A DNA stretch of 64,000 nt, taken from an uncultured Bacteroidales bacterium. Its GTDB lineage: Bacteria > Bacteroidota > Bacteroidia > Bacteroidales > UBA10428. Shown here in pieces: positions 48,752-57,541 of this stretch; positions within the stretch are counted from its first letter, which is position 1; each line of letters starts with the position of its first letter. The stretch covers positions 23,237 through 87,236 of the forward strand of contig CAVVIO010000012.1 of assembly GCA_963748095.1 (NCBI GenBank), read 5' to 3'. Under the pieces are notes generated by a model, which worked only from the letters and a program-made list of their open reading frames with translations, was not told where the DNA came from and ran no database searches. Made by a program: the position numbers and the translations under genes.

Positions 48752-49534
48752 TTATCGAACCAGGTATAACAGGTTACTGCCGGTCCCCACTCCGGAGCTG
48801 TTTCCACCATGAAAAGTAGAAAAGTAGAAACGATCGACTTTTTCTCCATTGGAAGTAAAGCGCAATCCTTTTTTCAGCAGTACCTGTTTTCCGTTTACCC
48901 ATACTTCTACTTCGCCATCGTATTTGTCGCCGGCACTGTTTATTTTTACCCGTTCCGTCATCAGGTACCATTTCCCTCTTTCGAAGGTAACCTGTTCGCC
49001 CGAAGGATATAACAGCGGCATGTCCTCGCCCCATTTGCCGGGCTTGTCCATGTGATAGAGATATAAGACGGCATGTCCTTCGGATCGCCACATAAAACGG
49101 GCGGTGAATCCATTGGTACCGTCGCAGGTCTGTCCGCCACTGCAAAGGTCTCCTGCTGCGAGGCCCGGCAGTTTACCTCCCAGCTTAAAACTGAAATTGT
49201 TACTGAACCGCAGCCAGTACGACATGTAATACTGGTCGTGTTCCGGCAATACTATGGAAATCTGGGCTCCGGTTTCTCCTGGTCCTACTCCACCTTCGGG
49301 ATAGGTGATTCGCAGGGATTGCCGGCCTGATTCTGCAACCGAACTATCGACCATCGAACGGGTTTTCATTCCGTCCTGCCAGCCGGCTGACTGAAATCCG
49401 TCGGATTGCCACATATCGATATCATAGGCTGTACCTGCCGGTTGTTTTTCAAATCCGGTGGAGATACTGTACTGGGCGTTAACCGTTAGTGTGATGGTTA
49501 CCGGGATCAGAAATGTGAGGATGTAGTTTTTCAT
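48752..49534 (-). CDS. secreted polysaccharide-lyase-like protein (concanavalin-like fold, PL14-type). The C-terminus continues in another frame to 48691.
   Basis: It has a signal peptide plus GGKLPGL, FTARFMWR, GKW..., EVWVNGK and STFHGG motifs. The expected terminal W..YTWFDNIKV motif is encoded in a different frame downstream of ~48790. Confidence 0.5.
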   Translation of the reverse strand: MKNYILTFLIPVTITLTVNAQYSISTGFEKQPAGTAYDIDMWQSDGFQSAGWQDGMKTRSMVDSSVAESGRQSLRITYPEGGVGPGETGAQISIVLPEHDQYYMSYWLRFSNNFSFKLGGKLPGLAAGDLCSGGQTCDGTNGFTARFMWRSEGHAVLYLYHMDKPGKWGEDMPLLYPSGEQVTFERGKWYLMTERVKINSAGDKYDGEVEVWVNGKQVLLKKGLRFTSNGEKVDRFYFSTFHGGNSSGVGTGSNLLYLVR

Positions 49535-49595
49535 TTTTAAGTCTGTGTTTTTTGTTGAATTATTACATTGTTGTAAGCAATAACCTTCTATTAAT

Positions 49596-49830
49596 CGTCA
49601 TTGCGAAGGAGGAACGACTGAAGCAATCTCCTGCTAAAGTATAATGAATATTCTAATTAGTGAAATCTCATTCAAAAGAAGGAGACTGCCTGCCTGCTGC
49701 AGGCAGGCCACGCTATCGCTCGCAGTGACGTTCTTTTAGTAATTATTTCATTCAAAAGAAGGAGATTACCTGCGGTGCGCTCCGTTGCGTTACGGTTGCC
49801 ACATCGATGTACCTCCTCTTCGTATGACGG
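49596..49830. repeat. cluster of three REP-like intergenic elements bounded by CGTCAYTGCGA...GCARTCTCC-type termini
   Basis: The copies are at 49596-49631 (forward), 49681-49730 and 49761-49830 (inverted). There is an 18-nt direct repeat TCATTCAAAAGAAGGAGA at 49668 and 49748, and a 10-bp-stem palindrome at 49688-49708. Confidence 0.6.
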
Positions 49831-49875
49831 AAACTACAAAGGACTTTTTCAAACATCTTCATCAAAGTTATGTAA

Positions 49876-50148
49876 TTATTTCCACCATTCAGCCGGCTTC
49901 GGGCCCATAACAAAGGACATGGTTCCGCCCTGCATGATGGCATCATGGGAAAGAATCGTGGAATCCAGTTTTTTCCCGTTTAGGGAACAGGACTGAATAT
50001 AAATGTTCTCTTTGCTAAGGTTCTCTGCTTCTATCAGCAGTTGTTTGCCATTGCCCAGTTGTACCTGTATCTCGGGAAATGCCGGGCCGTTGACATAATA
50101 AAAGGGCTGGCCGGCATTCGGGAAAAAGCCTAAGCGCTGCAAATACAT
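49876..50148 (-). CDS. GH92 family glycoside hydrolase; fragment 2 of 2 (C-terminal ~85 aa)
   Basis: LGFFPNAGQPFYYVNGPAF...NIYIQSCSLNGKKL...GGTMSFVMGPKP is the conserved GH92 C-terminus. It is in another frame from ~50131. Confidence 0.7.
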   Translation of the reverse strand: MYLQRLGFFPNAGQPFYYVNGPAFPEIQVQLGNGKQLLIEAENLSKENIYIQSCSLNGKKLDSTILSHDAIMQGGTMSFVMGPKPAEWWK

Positions 50149-52093
50149 ACCACGAACTCATGGCGCCACTGTCCTCATTTCCGGGATACCCTTTTTCCGT
50201 GTATTTCTCCCGCATCATTTTCTTTACCCAATAGCTGGCCAGATCGGGCCGGCCGGAATAATGAAACGACTGGATAGCCAGGAAAGCCGGTTCATTATCA
50301 TAGCCAATGAGGTTGTGCTCCAGTCCGTAACTGAGTCTGTCAGAAAAGTTCGTAGCCCCTCCGCAAAGATCCACCAGTTTGGGAAAATCGTGGGGAACAA
50401 AGTATGAATAGGTCCATGAATTGGCTTCGTAAAAATAGTTGTGCCATGAACCCCAGTTTTTGGCCGGATCGATTATCACCCAGTTACCGTTTTCATCTTT
50501 CGGACAGATAAAACCCTTGTACCCCCCGCTTTCGAGTTCCGGATCCCAGAGGTTTACCCACTTATGGCTTCTATCGAGGTATTTCTTGTAATCGGCAGTT
50601 TGTCCCAGTCCGTTTGCCATTTCCGAAGCACAAAAGTCGTTATAGGAATATTCCAGGCTAACCGAGCAGGACATGGTACCTGCAGGTATCCAGCCAAGCG
50701 ATTTGTAACTGGCTGCTGCCTTATCCATCTTTGCCGGATCGGCAGAGCTCTGCGGACCCAGCCGCTGACTGTCGGCATCGTATTGAATGATCCGGTAAGC
50801 ATCCTGCCAGTTGACCCCCGGTACTTTTTTCACGTACGCATCGGCAATGATATTGTCGACGTTGTTGCCTCCCTGCTCACGGAACATATCGTGACCGGCA
50901 ATAAAGGCATCCTTCACCAGGTGATTGCGGTTGAACCGGGTAATGAACGAATTTACATTATCCTTCACCATTGCGGGATTGATCAATACCATGAGCGGGA
51001 ACACGGTGCGCCAGGTATCCCAGGCGGCATAGTGGTCGTCCCACAATACGGCGCCTTCCTTATACCCTTCCATATCGTTGGTACGGTCGCGCGGCATCAG
51101 CATGCTGTGGTACATGGCTGTATAAAAGATCTTCCGGGCAACCGTATCTTCCGTACTGATTTTTATTTTATCCAACTGGTTGTTCCATGTATCGTATGCC
51201 TGTTGTTTTACTGCCTTGTAATCCCATCCGGGAATTTCCCCGGCAAGCCATTTGGCTGACTGATCGCTGCTTTTGAACGAAACAGCTATTTTCAGGTAAA
51301 CCGTATCGTTTTCCGAGGTGTTGAAATGCAAATAAGCCCCTACCCTGTCGTTCACCTGTTCCAGTTGTGTGGAGGATTTTCCCTTCATCAGTTCCTTGTT
51401 GCGCCATACGCCATAAGAAACGGGCTTTTTACTGGTTTCGGCCGTGAACCATACGCGGTATTGTCCATCGCCGAAGCCGCCGCTGTAGCGTCCGTGTCCG
51501 CTTATCCGGCCGTCCTTGTCAACGGTTACATCCGCTTCGCTTACTTTACCGCCTACTTCGGTGGCAATGTCCATTGGAATGTTGTGGGTGACATCGAAAA
51601 CCAGCACGGATGAATCGCTTTTGGGATAGATGATGCGGTAGATCGCCGAATGGTACGACGGGGTGACCTGTACCCGGATATTGTACCTGTTGAGTCTGAC
51701 GGAATATTCGTACGCCCGGGCCGTCTCCTCCGACTTCGGGGAATCGTGTCCCTGTTCGGTGTAATTCAGTCCGGTTTGCGGACTAATGAACACCATACCG
51801 TATTTCCCCCAGCCGGTGCCGCTGGCATGTAACTGGCCGAATCCCCGGATGGGTTGGTCGGGCGAATAACCGTCGTGTCCGCCTTTCCTGGTTTCGGGAC
51901 TGGGATTAATGGATGCAAAGGGAAGCTGCGGCCCGATCACACAGTTACTGATATTGCCGTCGGCTACCCCGATAAACGGATCGACAAAACGCACAGGATC
52001 CTCTGTAAACTGAACGGATGAGCTGTTGCAGCCGGAACTGAACGAAAAGATTACCGGGACTAAAAGAAACAGAAGGAGATTGTTTTTTTTCAT
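50015..52093 (-). CDS. GH92 family glycoside hydrolase (putative alpha-mannosidase); fragment 1 of 2
   Basis: It has a signal peptide with lipobox-like SSGC. GH92-like motifs are present: FVDPFIG, GFGQLHASGTG, YDNEPAF, GNEDSGAMSSWYVF. Confidence 0.7.
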   Translation of the reverse strand: MKKNNLLLFLLVPVIFSFSSGCNSSSVQFTEDPVRFVDPFIGVADGNISNCVIGPQLPFASINPSPETRKGGHDGYSPDQPIRGFGQLHASGTGWGKYGMVFISPQTGLNYTEQGHDSPKSEETARAYEYSVRLNRYNIRVQVTPSYHSAIYRIIYPKSDSSVLVFDVTHNIPMDIATEVGGKVSEADVTVDKDGRISGHGRYSGGFGDGQYRVWFTAETSKKPVSYGVWRNKELMKGKSSTQLEQVNDRVGAYLHFNTSENDTVYLKIAVSFKSSDQSAKWLAGEIPGWDYKAVKQQAYDTWNNQLDKIKISTEDTVARKIFYTAMYHSMLMPRDRTNDMEGYKEGAVLWDDHYAAWDTWRTVFPLMVLINPAMVKDNVNSFITRFNRNHLVKDAFIAGHDMFREQGGNNVDNIIADAYVKKVPGVNWQDAYRIIQYDADSQRLGPQSSADPAKMDKAAASYKSLGWIPAGTMSCSVSLEYSYNDFCASEMANGLGQTADYKKYLDRSHKWVNLWDPELESGGYKGFICPKDENGNWVIIDPAKNWGSWHNYFYEANSWTYSYFVPHDFPKLVDLCGGATNFSDRLSYGLEHNLIGYDNEPAFLAIQSFHYSGRPDLASYWVKKMMREKYTEKGYPGNEDSGAMSSWYVFAALRLFPECRPALLLCQRPGISRDTGTTGQWQTTADRSREP

Positions 52094-52132
52094 AGGTCTG
52101 TTGTAGTTTTATATAAAAGGCTGTAAAAAAGC

Positions 52133-52246
52133 CTTTGCGAATCTTGGTGACACCGACAAGCTGCCGGTGCTTTGCGCTTCTCCGTGCAATAATCAGATGT
52201 AGCTGTTACGCGAAGTTACGCAAAGAAGTCGCCAAGATACGCAAAG
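52133..52246. repeat. 19-nt inverted repeat pair in the GH92 upstream region
   Basis: CTTTGCGAATCTTGGTGAC (52133-52151) pairs with GTCGCCAAGATACGCAAAG (52228-52246). There are 2 mismatches and 76 nt between the arms. Confidence 0.6.
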
Positions 52247-52384
52247 AAAAGAAATGCAAATTTCGGCAATCCTCTTCTTTTTTGACAGCTTTATAGTTTT
52301 CGTTTGTGAGGTTGAATGAAAAGGTAGCTGCAAGTTTGTAATAAAAACCGGAAATAGCAAGAGGGGATAATAAATTGATGTATA

Positions 52385-52762
52385 ATTGAGCTGTGGGATG
52401 GTAAAATGACGTTTTGAGCGGGTGGAATTGAACATCAATCTGATAATATGACGCATTGAGTTATCAGAATGAAGCATTGAGCTAATAAAATGAAGCATTG
52501 AGTTATTAATATGATGTGTTGAGTTAATAAAATGAAACGTTGAGCGAATAATATGATCTGTAAAAATGACAATATGGCGCATTGAGATGATTTTATGGCA
52601 TATTGAGCGAACAATATGATGCGTTGTGTTAATAAAATGATACGTTGAGCGAATAATATGACGCGTTGTGTTAATTATATGACGCGTTGAGTTAATTATA
52701 TGATGTGTTGAGTTGGTAAAATGATGCATTGAGCGGGTATTATGATACCTGCAGTGAATAAA
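52385..52762. repeat. tandem array of 17 phased 21-bp units (plus one degenerate leading unit)
   Basis: Units start at 52406, 52427, 52448 ... 52742 with no phase slip. The consensus is ATGAYGCRTTGAGYKAATAAW. The ORF 52193..52729 (-) is the in-frame read-through of this array. Confidence 0.9.
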
Positions 52763-52797
52763 ATTTTACCAGAAGCGGGAAGAATTGGATATATGTA

Positions 52798-52819
52798 GAG
52801 ACGTGATGCATCACGTCTC
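52798..52819. repeat. perfect 22-nt palindrome
   Basis: GAGACGTGATG/CATCACGTCTC. A second GC-rich near-palindrome (GCACGGACAACATGTCCGCGC) lies at ~52968-52990. Confidence 0.7.
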
Positions 52820-53098
52820 GGGAATGTTCACAATTTCTCCTGTTACAGATCAATCCGACATGCCGGTATTTTGTTCGTTGTCTGAACACGATTTACAGGA
52901 TTTTTTGATGGACAGGATGAAGATGTGGCAGAATAAGTAAGTTAACAAGGTATATGGAATTAAAACGAGGGCACGGACAACATGTCCGCGCCAGCTTGGG
53001 GGGGATTTCTTTCCTTTTGCGAAATGTTCATACGGTAATACCGGCGGTTATATGCCAACTATGCCTTTTTAATAAACGGGATTGACCCCGGCTTGTGT

Positions 53099-53848
53099 TT
53101 ACCTGAACATAATTGCTATACCAAACGAAAGCCGATTGATATCCTCTTTATGCTCCCATTCATCAAACTGACCATATTCGTAATCTTTTCTTGCAACCGA
53201 TTTAGTTTTTTGATACCGGTATGCAGCAGTAAACAATAAATCACTGTTTTTGCTCAGCGGTATTTTAACTCCTATTTCGGGATGAACCATCAATCCCCCA
53301 TAATGCCGGAGTCTGGCATCAGTGATATTGTAAGGTGACCAGTTCAGGTAAAGTTCGTCATAATGCTTGGCTTTGAAACCACCAAAAGAATATCCTCCCT
53401 TTACTACCACAAAAGGAGAGATTGCATGATCCCATAAGGTGTATCGTAATTCAGCAAAAAGCGGAAAAAGATTGTGATCAAAAATTTCAAATCCTACTCC
53501 TGCCCCTGCTGCCCAATGTTTGTTGAACATATAACCATTAGTGATAGTGAATGAAGGTGCAACAGCCAAAGTGGTGCGGGTAGAGCGATGATCATATCCA
53601 GTATAGGAGTCAGCAGTCTGTAAATAGTCAGGGTAGTATGGTATATAATAAATTGTCCCGTTATCTATCTGACTGTTCCCAAACAAAAAACTGATCTGCA
53701 TTATATTATAAAATCCTTTCTCTTTTCTGGTATTGGAAGAGGAATCGATTTCATTGTTTTTTGAATTGAGGTTGACTTCTTTTCCGGATTGAGCAAAAAT
53801 ACTGAGTGTCAGTAATAGCGATAAGATGATAAGGTAGATCTTTTTCAT
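53099..53848 (-). CDS. outer-membrane beta-barrel protein (porin-like, hypothetical)
   Basis: It has the signal peptide MKKIYLIILSLLLTLSIFAQ, alternating amphipathic strands, and a C-terminal ...SFGIAIMFR aromatic terminus. The ORF-track start at 53938 is probably too far upstream. Confidence 0.6.
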   Translation of the reverse strand: MKKIYLIILSLLLTLSIFAQSGKEVNLNSKNNEIDSSSNTRKEKGFYNIMQISFLFGNSQIDNGTIYYIPYYPDYLQTADSYTGYDHRSTRTTLAVAPSFTITNGYMFNKHWAAGAGVGFEIFDHNLFPLFAELRYTLWDHAISPFVVVKGGYSFGGFKAKHYDELYLNWSPYNITDARLRHYGGLMVHPEIGVKIPLSKNSDLLFTAAYRYQKTKSVARKDYEYGQFDEWEHKEDINRLSFGIAIMFR

Positions 53849-53858
53849 AACAATCATT

Positions 53859-54788
53859 TTATGGGATGAGTTTAATATTTTCCAGGTCACTGATATCATA
53901 TAGAAATAAACCCTGAGTATTGGCAACTGCAAGGACATCTCCTGTTTTCGAATAGCAGGTTCCGGATATATCAGGATAGTCTTTCACAAGATTAAGTTCG
54001 TTTTCAGATGCAGTATAAACAGAAAGTTCATTACCCAGGGTAATTAGCTTATCCCCAACCCTGAATATTTTTACTGCATCCGTTGTAACCGGATAATCTT
54101 TAAATATTTTTGAAAATTCCGGTATTCCATTGCCTGTTATAAAAACACCCAGGATGGTTGTGCCCGTGAGAACGAAAAAAGCATCCATCTGTGGCATGTA
54201 ACAAATATCAACAGGCTCAAAGCTATGGAAATAGAGCGGATAGGTGATCGGATAGTTTTCATTATATATTATGCAATCGCAATAACCACTTGAAAGGTTT
54301 TCCAGTTTTCCCAAAATATAAACTATATCATCCTCAAAAAACATTCGTACCGGAAAGGCATTGCTGTAGTAGAGCGGAGGAGCATAATTTCCCCTGGGAG
54401 TTGTCCACAGATCTTCCTCTCTTGAGCTGAAAGCTCCCGACCGGTAAGTGCAGATAGCCCAACTATTGTAACTTCCATAAGAATATATTTGATCCGTATC
54501 CATTTTGATCATTCCTATATATGGCTTATCATATTCAGGATGATCACTGAACCAGGAATCAGGAATTACTTTCGTCGTGAGATTGCCGTATAGCTGATCG
54601 TATTCAGTGAAATCGAGATTAGGCTGCTTATCTGTTACCGTACCTGTGAGTACATGCGTTTCTGTTCCTGCAATAAGTCCTTTGCCTTCCTCATAGGGTA
54701 TATTCCAGTAACTCTTATAGTCCGTGAACCGGTTAAAATAGTTTTTCTGCCGTGTGTAAAATAGTTGTCTGAAGCGGATTACTGACAT
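53859..54788 (-). CDS. beta-propeller (LVIVD-like repeat) lipoprotein; fragment 2 of 2
   Basis: It is in the same frame as fragment 1 but separated from it by an ~85-nt segment that reads sensibly only in a different frame. It ends ...LFLYDISDLENIKLIP. Confidence 0.5.
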   Translation of the reverse strand: MSVIRFRQLFYTRQKNYFNRFTDYKSYWNIPYEEGKGLIAGTETHVLTGTVTDKQPNLDFTEYDQLYGNLTTKVIPDSWFSDHPEYDKPYIGMIKMDTDQIYSYGSYNSWAICTYRSGAFSSREEDLWTTPRGNYAPPLYYSNAFPVRMFFEDDIVYILGKLENLSSGYCDCIIYNENYPITYPLYFHSFEPVDICYMPQMDAFFVLTGTTILGVFITGNGIPEFSKIFKDYPVTTDAVKIFRVGDKLITLGNELSVYTASENELNLVKDYPDISGTCYSKTGDVLAVANTQGLFLYDISDLENIKLIP

Positions 54789-54803
54789 CGAGAACGACCA
54801 TAT

Positions 54804-55148
54804 CTACAAGATTGTTAAGAAAAGCAGGTTACCGGCAAGTTCAAAGTCTTTGATATACCTGCACTCTATAAAACACAGATAACTTACACTTCCGGCTTTC
54901 TTTTCGTAGACGTGAATACCTTTGAGCATGTCGCCCACGAAATAATATTTATCATTTGACAAGATCTTGAAGGGCGCTGACTGTGACACTCCGGTTTTTA
55001 CCTGTATGTTCCCGATTTCGCTCATATCGAGATACACCGGATATTCTTTTGATTGTGAAATTATTTTAGAGTATCTGTAAATGTCTTCATTGTTATCCTC
55101 GCATCCAAGCAGAACAAGAACCAGGAACAGATAGAAAAGACGTCTCAT
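54804..55148 (-). CDS. beta-propeller (LVIVD-like repeat) lipoprotein; fragment 1 of 2
   Basis: Lipobox LVLLGC-ED. It is followed in another frame by LNNLVDMVVLDVSNPLQTT (LVIVD-type motif). Confidence 0.5.
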   Translation of the reverse strand: MRRLFYLFLVLVLLGCEDNNEDIYRYSKIISQSKEYPVYLDMSEIGNIQVKTGVSQSAPFKILSNDKYYFVGDMLKGIHVYEKKAGSVSYLCFIECRYIKDFELAGNLLFLTIL

Positions 55149-55282
55149 AAGATAACTTAATTATTTAAAACCGGGCCTGCAATTTATAATGATATTGATG
55201 AATATATATCATTAAAGGTTGCGTACAAAATGTTTATTTCTGCTTAATGTGTATGCGCCAGCTTTTGCGCAGGGTTTTAGGA

Positions 55283-56347
55283 TCATTCCCCGAACAACAT
55301 TTTAAAACACACGGCATCATCCAGCTTGGTTGTGTCCAAAGGAGCATAAAATCTATCGAGAAAGTCAGCAGCAGAACTCCATGTAGTATGGAGCATACCT
55401 TTAATGTGCCGGCCTGTTTCCCCGCTTGCATTTTTTCTGATAGTTTTAAGAAAGGCCAGTTGCTCTTTTGCTACAACCCCGTTTTGCCAGGATGAGGTAA
55501 CCACATCAAAACCTTTCAGGGCAAAATACGCGGCAGTAGGCTCTGCCCGTTCATAATGCCAGTCGCATATCATTACATCTTTAGGGATCATATCAATGGC
55601 CCGGTAGGTATTGTTCATACTTGCCTCCCACATCCCTATTCCCGTGGTTTTACCGTCTAACAAACGATCACCCCATATCCATAACCGTTTATCTGTAAGT
55701 GCCAGATGGTTTCTGATAGTTGTCACCTCTCCCGCGAATAATGCTGCTTTATCCCTGCCGTAACAACGGGGGCATTCTTTTTCCCCAATGTAAAAAACCT
55801 CGTCCATACCGGCATGGAAAGCATTTGCATGAAAAGCAGCCACGATTTCATCTATCAGATCAAACACCACCTCATGAACTTTCGGATGCAACGGACAATA
55901 ACTTTTACAATAAAGACCGTCTTTATTCGGCCATTCATACTTTTCCGGCAGCTTAATGTTGGGCGTCTCATCAAATTCAGGGTAAACTTTCAGCAACATT
56001 CCCGGATTGGAATGCCAGGACTGATGGCCCAATAAGTCAATTTCCGGGATAATGTCAATATTGTGTTGCTGGCAGGCAGCCACTATTTTATTCACGTCCT
56101 CCTGCGAGAGGCCGTTCTCTCCTGCCAGTTCCGGATGCGATTTGTACTGATAATTATAATCAACCCGTAATACCAGGGTATTGATCCTCCTGGGCGGTAG
56201 TTCTTCATTGATGAATTTAACAAACCTGTCGACGTTTTCCCTGTTGGGGGCGGCAATCGCCAATCCCCTGACTGGCAGGGTATCATTCTGAGCATTTACC
56301 AACAGACTCAGGGAAAAAGCAGTGATTATTAAAAGTATTTTTTTCAT
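55283..56347 (-). CDS. GH20-like glycoside hydrolase (hexosaminidase catalytic-domain type)
   Basis: It has a signal peptide. IIPEIDLLGHQSW and FHAGMDEVF resemble the GH20 H-x-G-x-D-E catalytic region. Confidence 0.6.
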   Translation of the reverse strand: MKKILLIITAFSLSLLVNAQNDTLPVRGLAIAAPNRENVDRFVKFINEELPPRRINTLVLRVDYNYQYKSHPELAGENGLSQEDVNKIVAACQQHNIDIIPEIDLLGHQSWHSNPGMLLKVYPEFDETPNIKLPEKYEWPNKDGLYCKSYCPLHPKVHEVVFDLIDEIVAAFHANAFHAGMDEVFYIGEKECPRCYGRDKAALFAGEVTTIRNHLALTDKRLWIWGDRLLDGKTTGIGMWEASMNNTYRAIDMIPKDVMICDWHYERAEPTAAYFALKGFDVVTSSWQNGVVAKEQLAFLKTIRKNASGETGRHIKGMLHTTWSSAADFLDRFYAPLDTTKLDDAVCFKMLFGE

Positions 56348-56353
56348 TTTATA

Positions 56354-57541
56354 TTAAAGTTTAAGGCGAATATTTATTCTTGACAATAATGCTGCGAAAC
56401 CTATCATGGCAAAAGCCCAAACAACAGACCCGGAAACTGCCAACCAAGGCATCTCTGCTTGCTTGTAAAGCAAGATATTTAGATTAAGGCCCCAAATTAA
56501 GTAATACAGAATATCAGGTGCCAAATACGTCGTTAAAGAATTTTGCCCTGCCGGCAGAAAAAGAACACTCCACTTTTGCCATTTCTTAATGTCAAGCAAA
56601 TAAAATAATAATGCAAATACTAAGATGCTAATCCCATTACACAGCATGGCCCATGATGGCGTTCCTATTATTTTCGAAATTATAAACCAATTTCTCAAAA
56701 TAAATGCCATTGCTAAACATACCAAACCTATGGGGATTATAAAAGATAAAAATTGTCTATAATCAGATTTATACTTCTTTAAAAGAATCCCTATCAGTAA
56801 ACCGGCAAGTACAATAGAGGGAATATTACCATCCAAAATAACTCCAAAAATTGGTTTGACAGGATTTAGAAAATCCGTGTATGATGTTTGAGCTAAAATA
56901 TTCAAAAGAATAAATCCTGCCCAAACTACTGCGATGGCCCCTATATTGTCTTTCAGCCATAAATAGGTAAGGGCGGAAACTAAATATCCCCAGCCGATTA
57001 AACCCAGTATCCCCCACCAACTTGTGCTCATCCAACCTACGTTTTCAGGAGTGCCGGAACGGTACAATACGGCCATTAATAGCAGACCTATAATTCCAAA
57101 ATATTTTAATCCCTTAAAACCCAAAGTAAATTTTGAACCTTTTGGATATTTATTCCAGATTAGAAAAATAAACAGATAAACCAAAATGGTCCATAGAAAC
57201 TTATTTACTCCAGTTAGATCAGCATTATAATCCTCTATATTCACCATGAAAACACCAATAGCCAATAGGCTGAAGGTCCTAAACAAGATATGTGAAAGTA
57301 GTTGGATGCCGGACTGCCCTATTTTTTCCCGGGCCATAAAGGCAAAAGGAATAGACAGGCCCACTATAAACAAAAATCCGGGAAAAACCCAATCAGCTAA
57401 ACCCATTCCATCTTCTTTTGCATCAGTATGAACCAACCACTTGGGAACGCCTGGGGTATATAAATCATTCACAAATAACATCAAAAAGAGGGTTAGGCCC
57501 CTCATGATATCAATGGATTGAATTCGAATTTTACTAGTCAT
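56354..57541 (-). CDS. DUF5009/DUF1624 acyltransferase-like membrane protein (heparan-alpha-glucosaminide N-acetyltransferase-like)
   Basis: The N-terminal RIQSIDIMRGLTLFLMLFVN motif is present and there are about 11 TM helices. It abuts the GH20-like gene with a 6-nt gap. Confidence 0.65.
   Translation of the reverse strand: MTSKIRIQSIDIMRGLTLFLMLFVNDLYTPGVPKWLVHTDAKEDGMGLADWVFPGFLFIVGLSIPFAFMAREKIGQSGIQLLSHILFRTFSLLAIGVFMVNIEDYNADLTGVNKFLWTILVYLFIFLIWNKYPKGSKFTLGFKGLKYFGIIGLLLMAVLYRSGTPENVGWMSTSWWGILGLIGWGYLVSALTYLWLKDNIGAIAVVWAGFILLNILAQTSYTDFLNPVKPIFGVILDGNIPSIVLAGLLIGILLKKYKSDYRQFLSFIIPIGLVCLAMAFILRNWFIISKIIGTPSWAMLCNGISILVFALLFYLLDIKKWQKWSVLFLPAGQNSLTTYLAPDILYYLIWGLNLNILLYKQAEMPWLAVSGSVVWAFAMIGFAALLSRINIRLKL

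Noticed and set aside
48774-49330. Overlapping alternative-frame ORFs inside the polysaccharide-lyase-like gene (48774..49145 -, 49073..49330 +, 48809..49055 +)
   Set aside because: This locally GC-richer gene leaves several frames open. Only the 260-aa frame has a signal peptide and family motifs.
50564-51259. 231-aa plus-strand ORF and other long antisense ORFs (e.g. 3613..3999, 4059..4478, 7040..7372, 9179..9505, 36477..36812, 42001..42330, 46100..46438)
   Set aside because: They lie entirely inside well-supported genes on the opposite strand and have low-complexity or odd composition. They are typical shadow ORFs.
52193-52729. 178-aa His-rich ORF (MHHFTNSTHHIINSTRHIIN...) as a genuine protein-coding gene
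   Set aside because: Its repetitive part is simply the minus-strand read-through of the 21-bp (7-codon) tandem array. Its tail runs through the GH92 upstream inverted repeats, and it has no credible start context. I kept it only as an alternative hypothesis under the array finding.
52385-52762. CRISPR array
   Set aside because: The units are contiguous 21-mers with no unique spacers between them. No cas genes are in the window.
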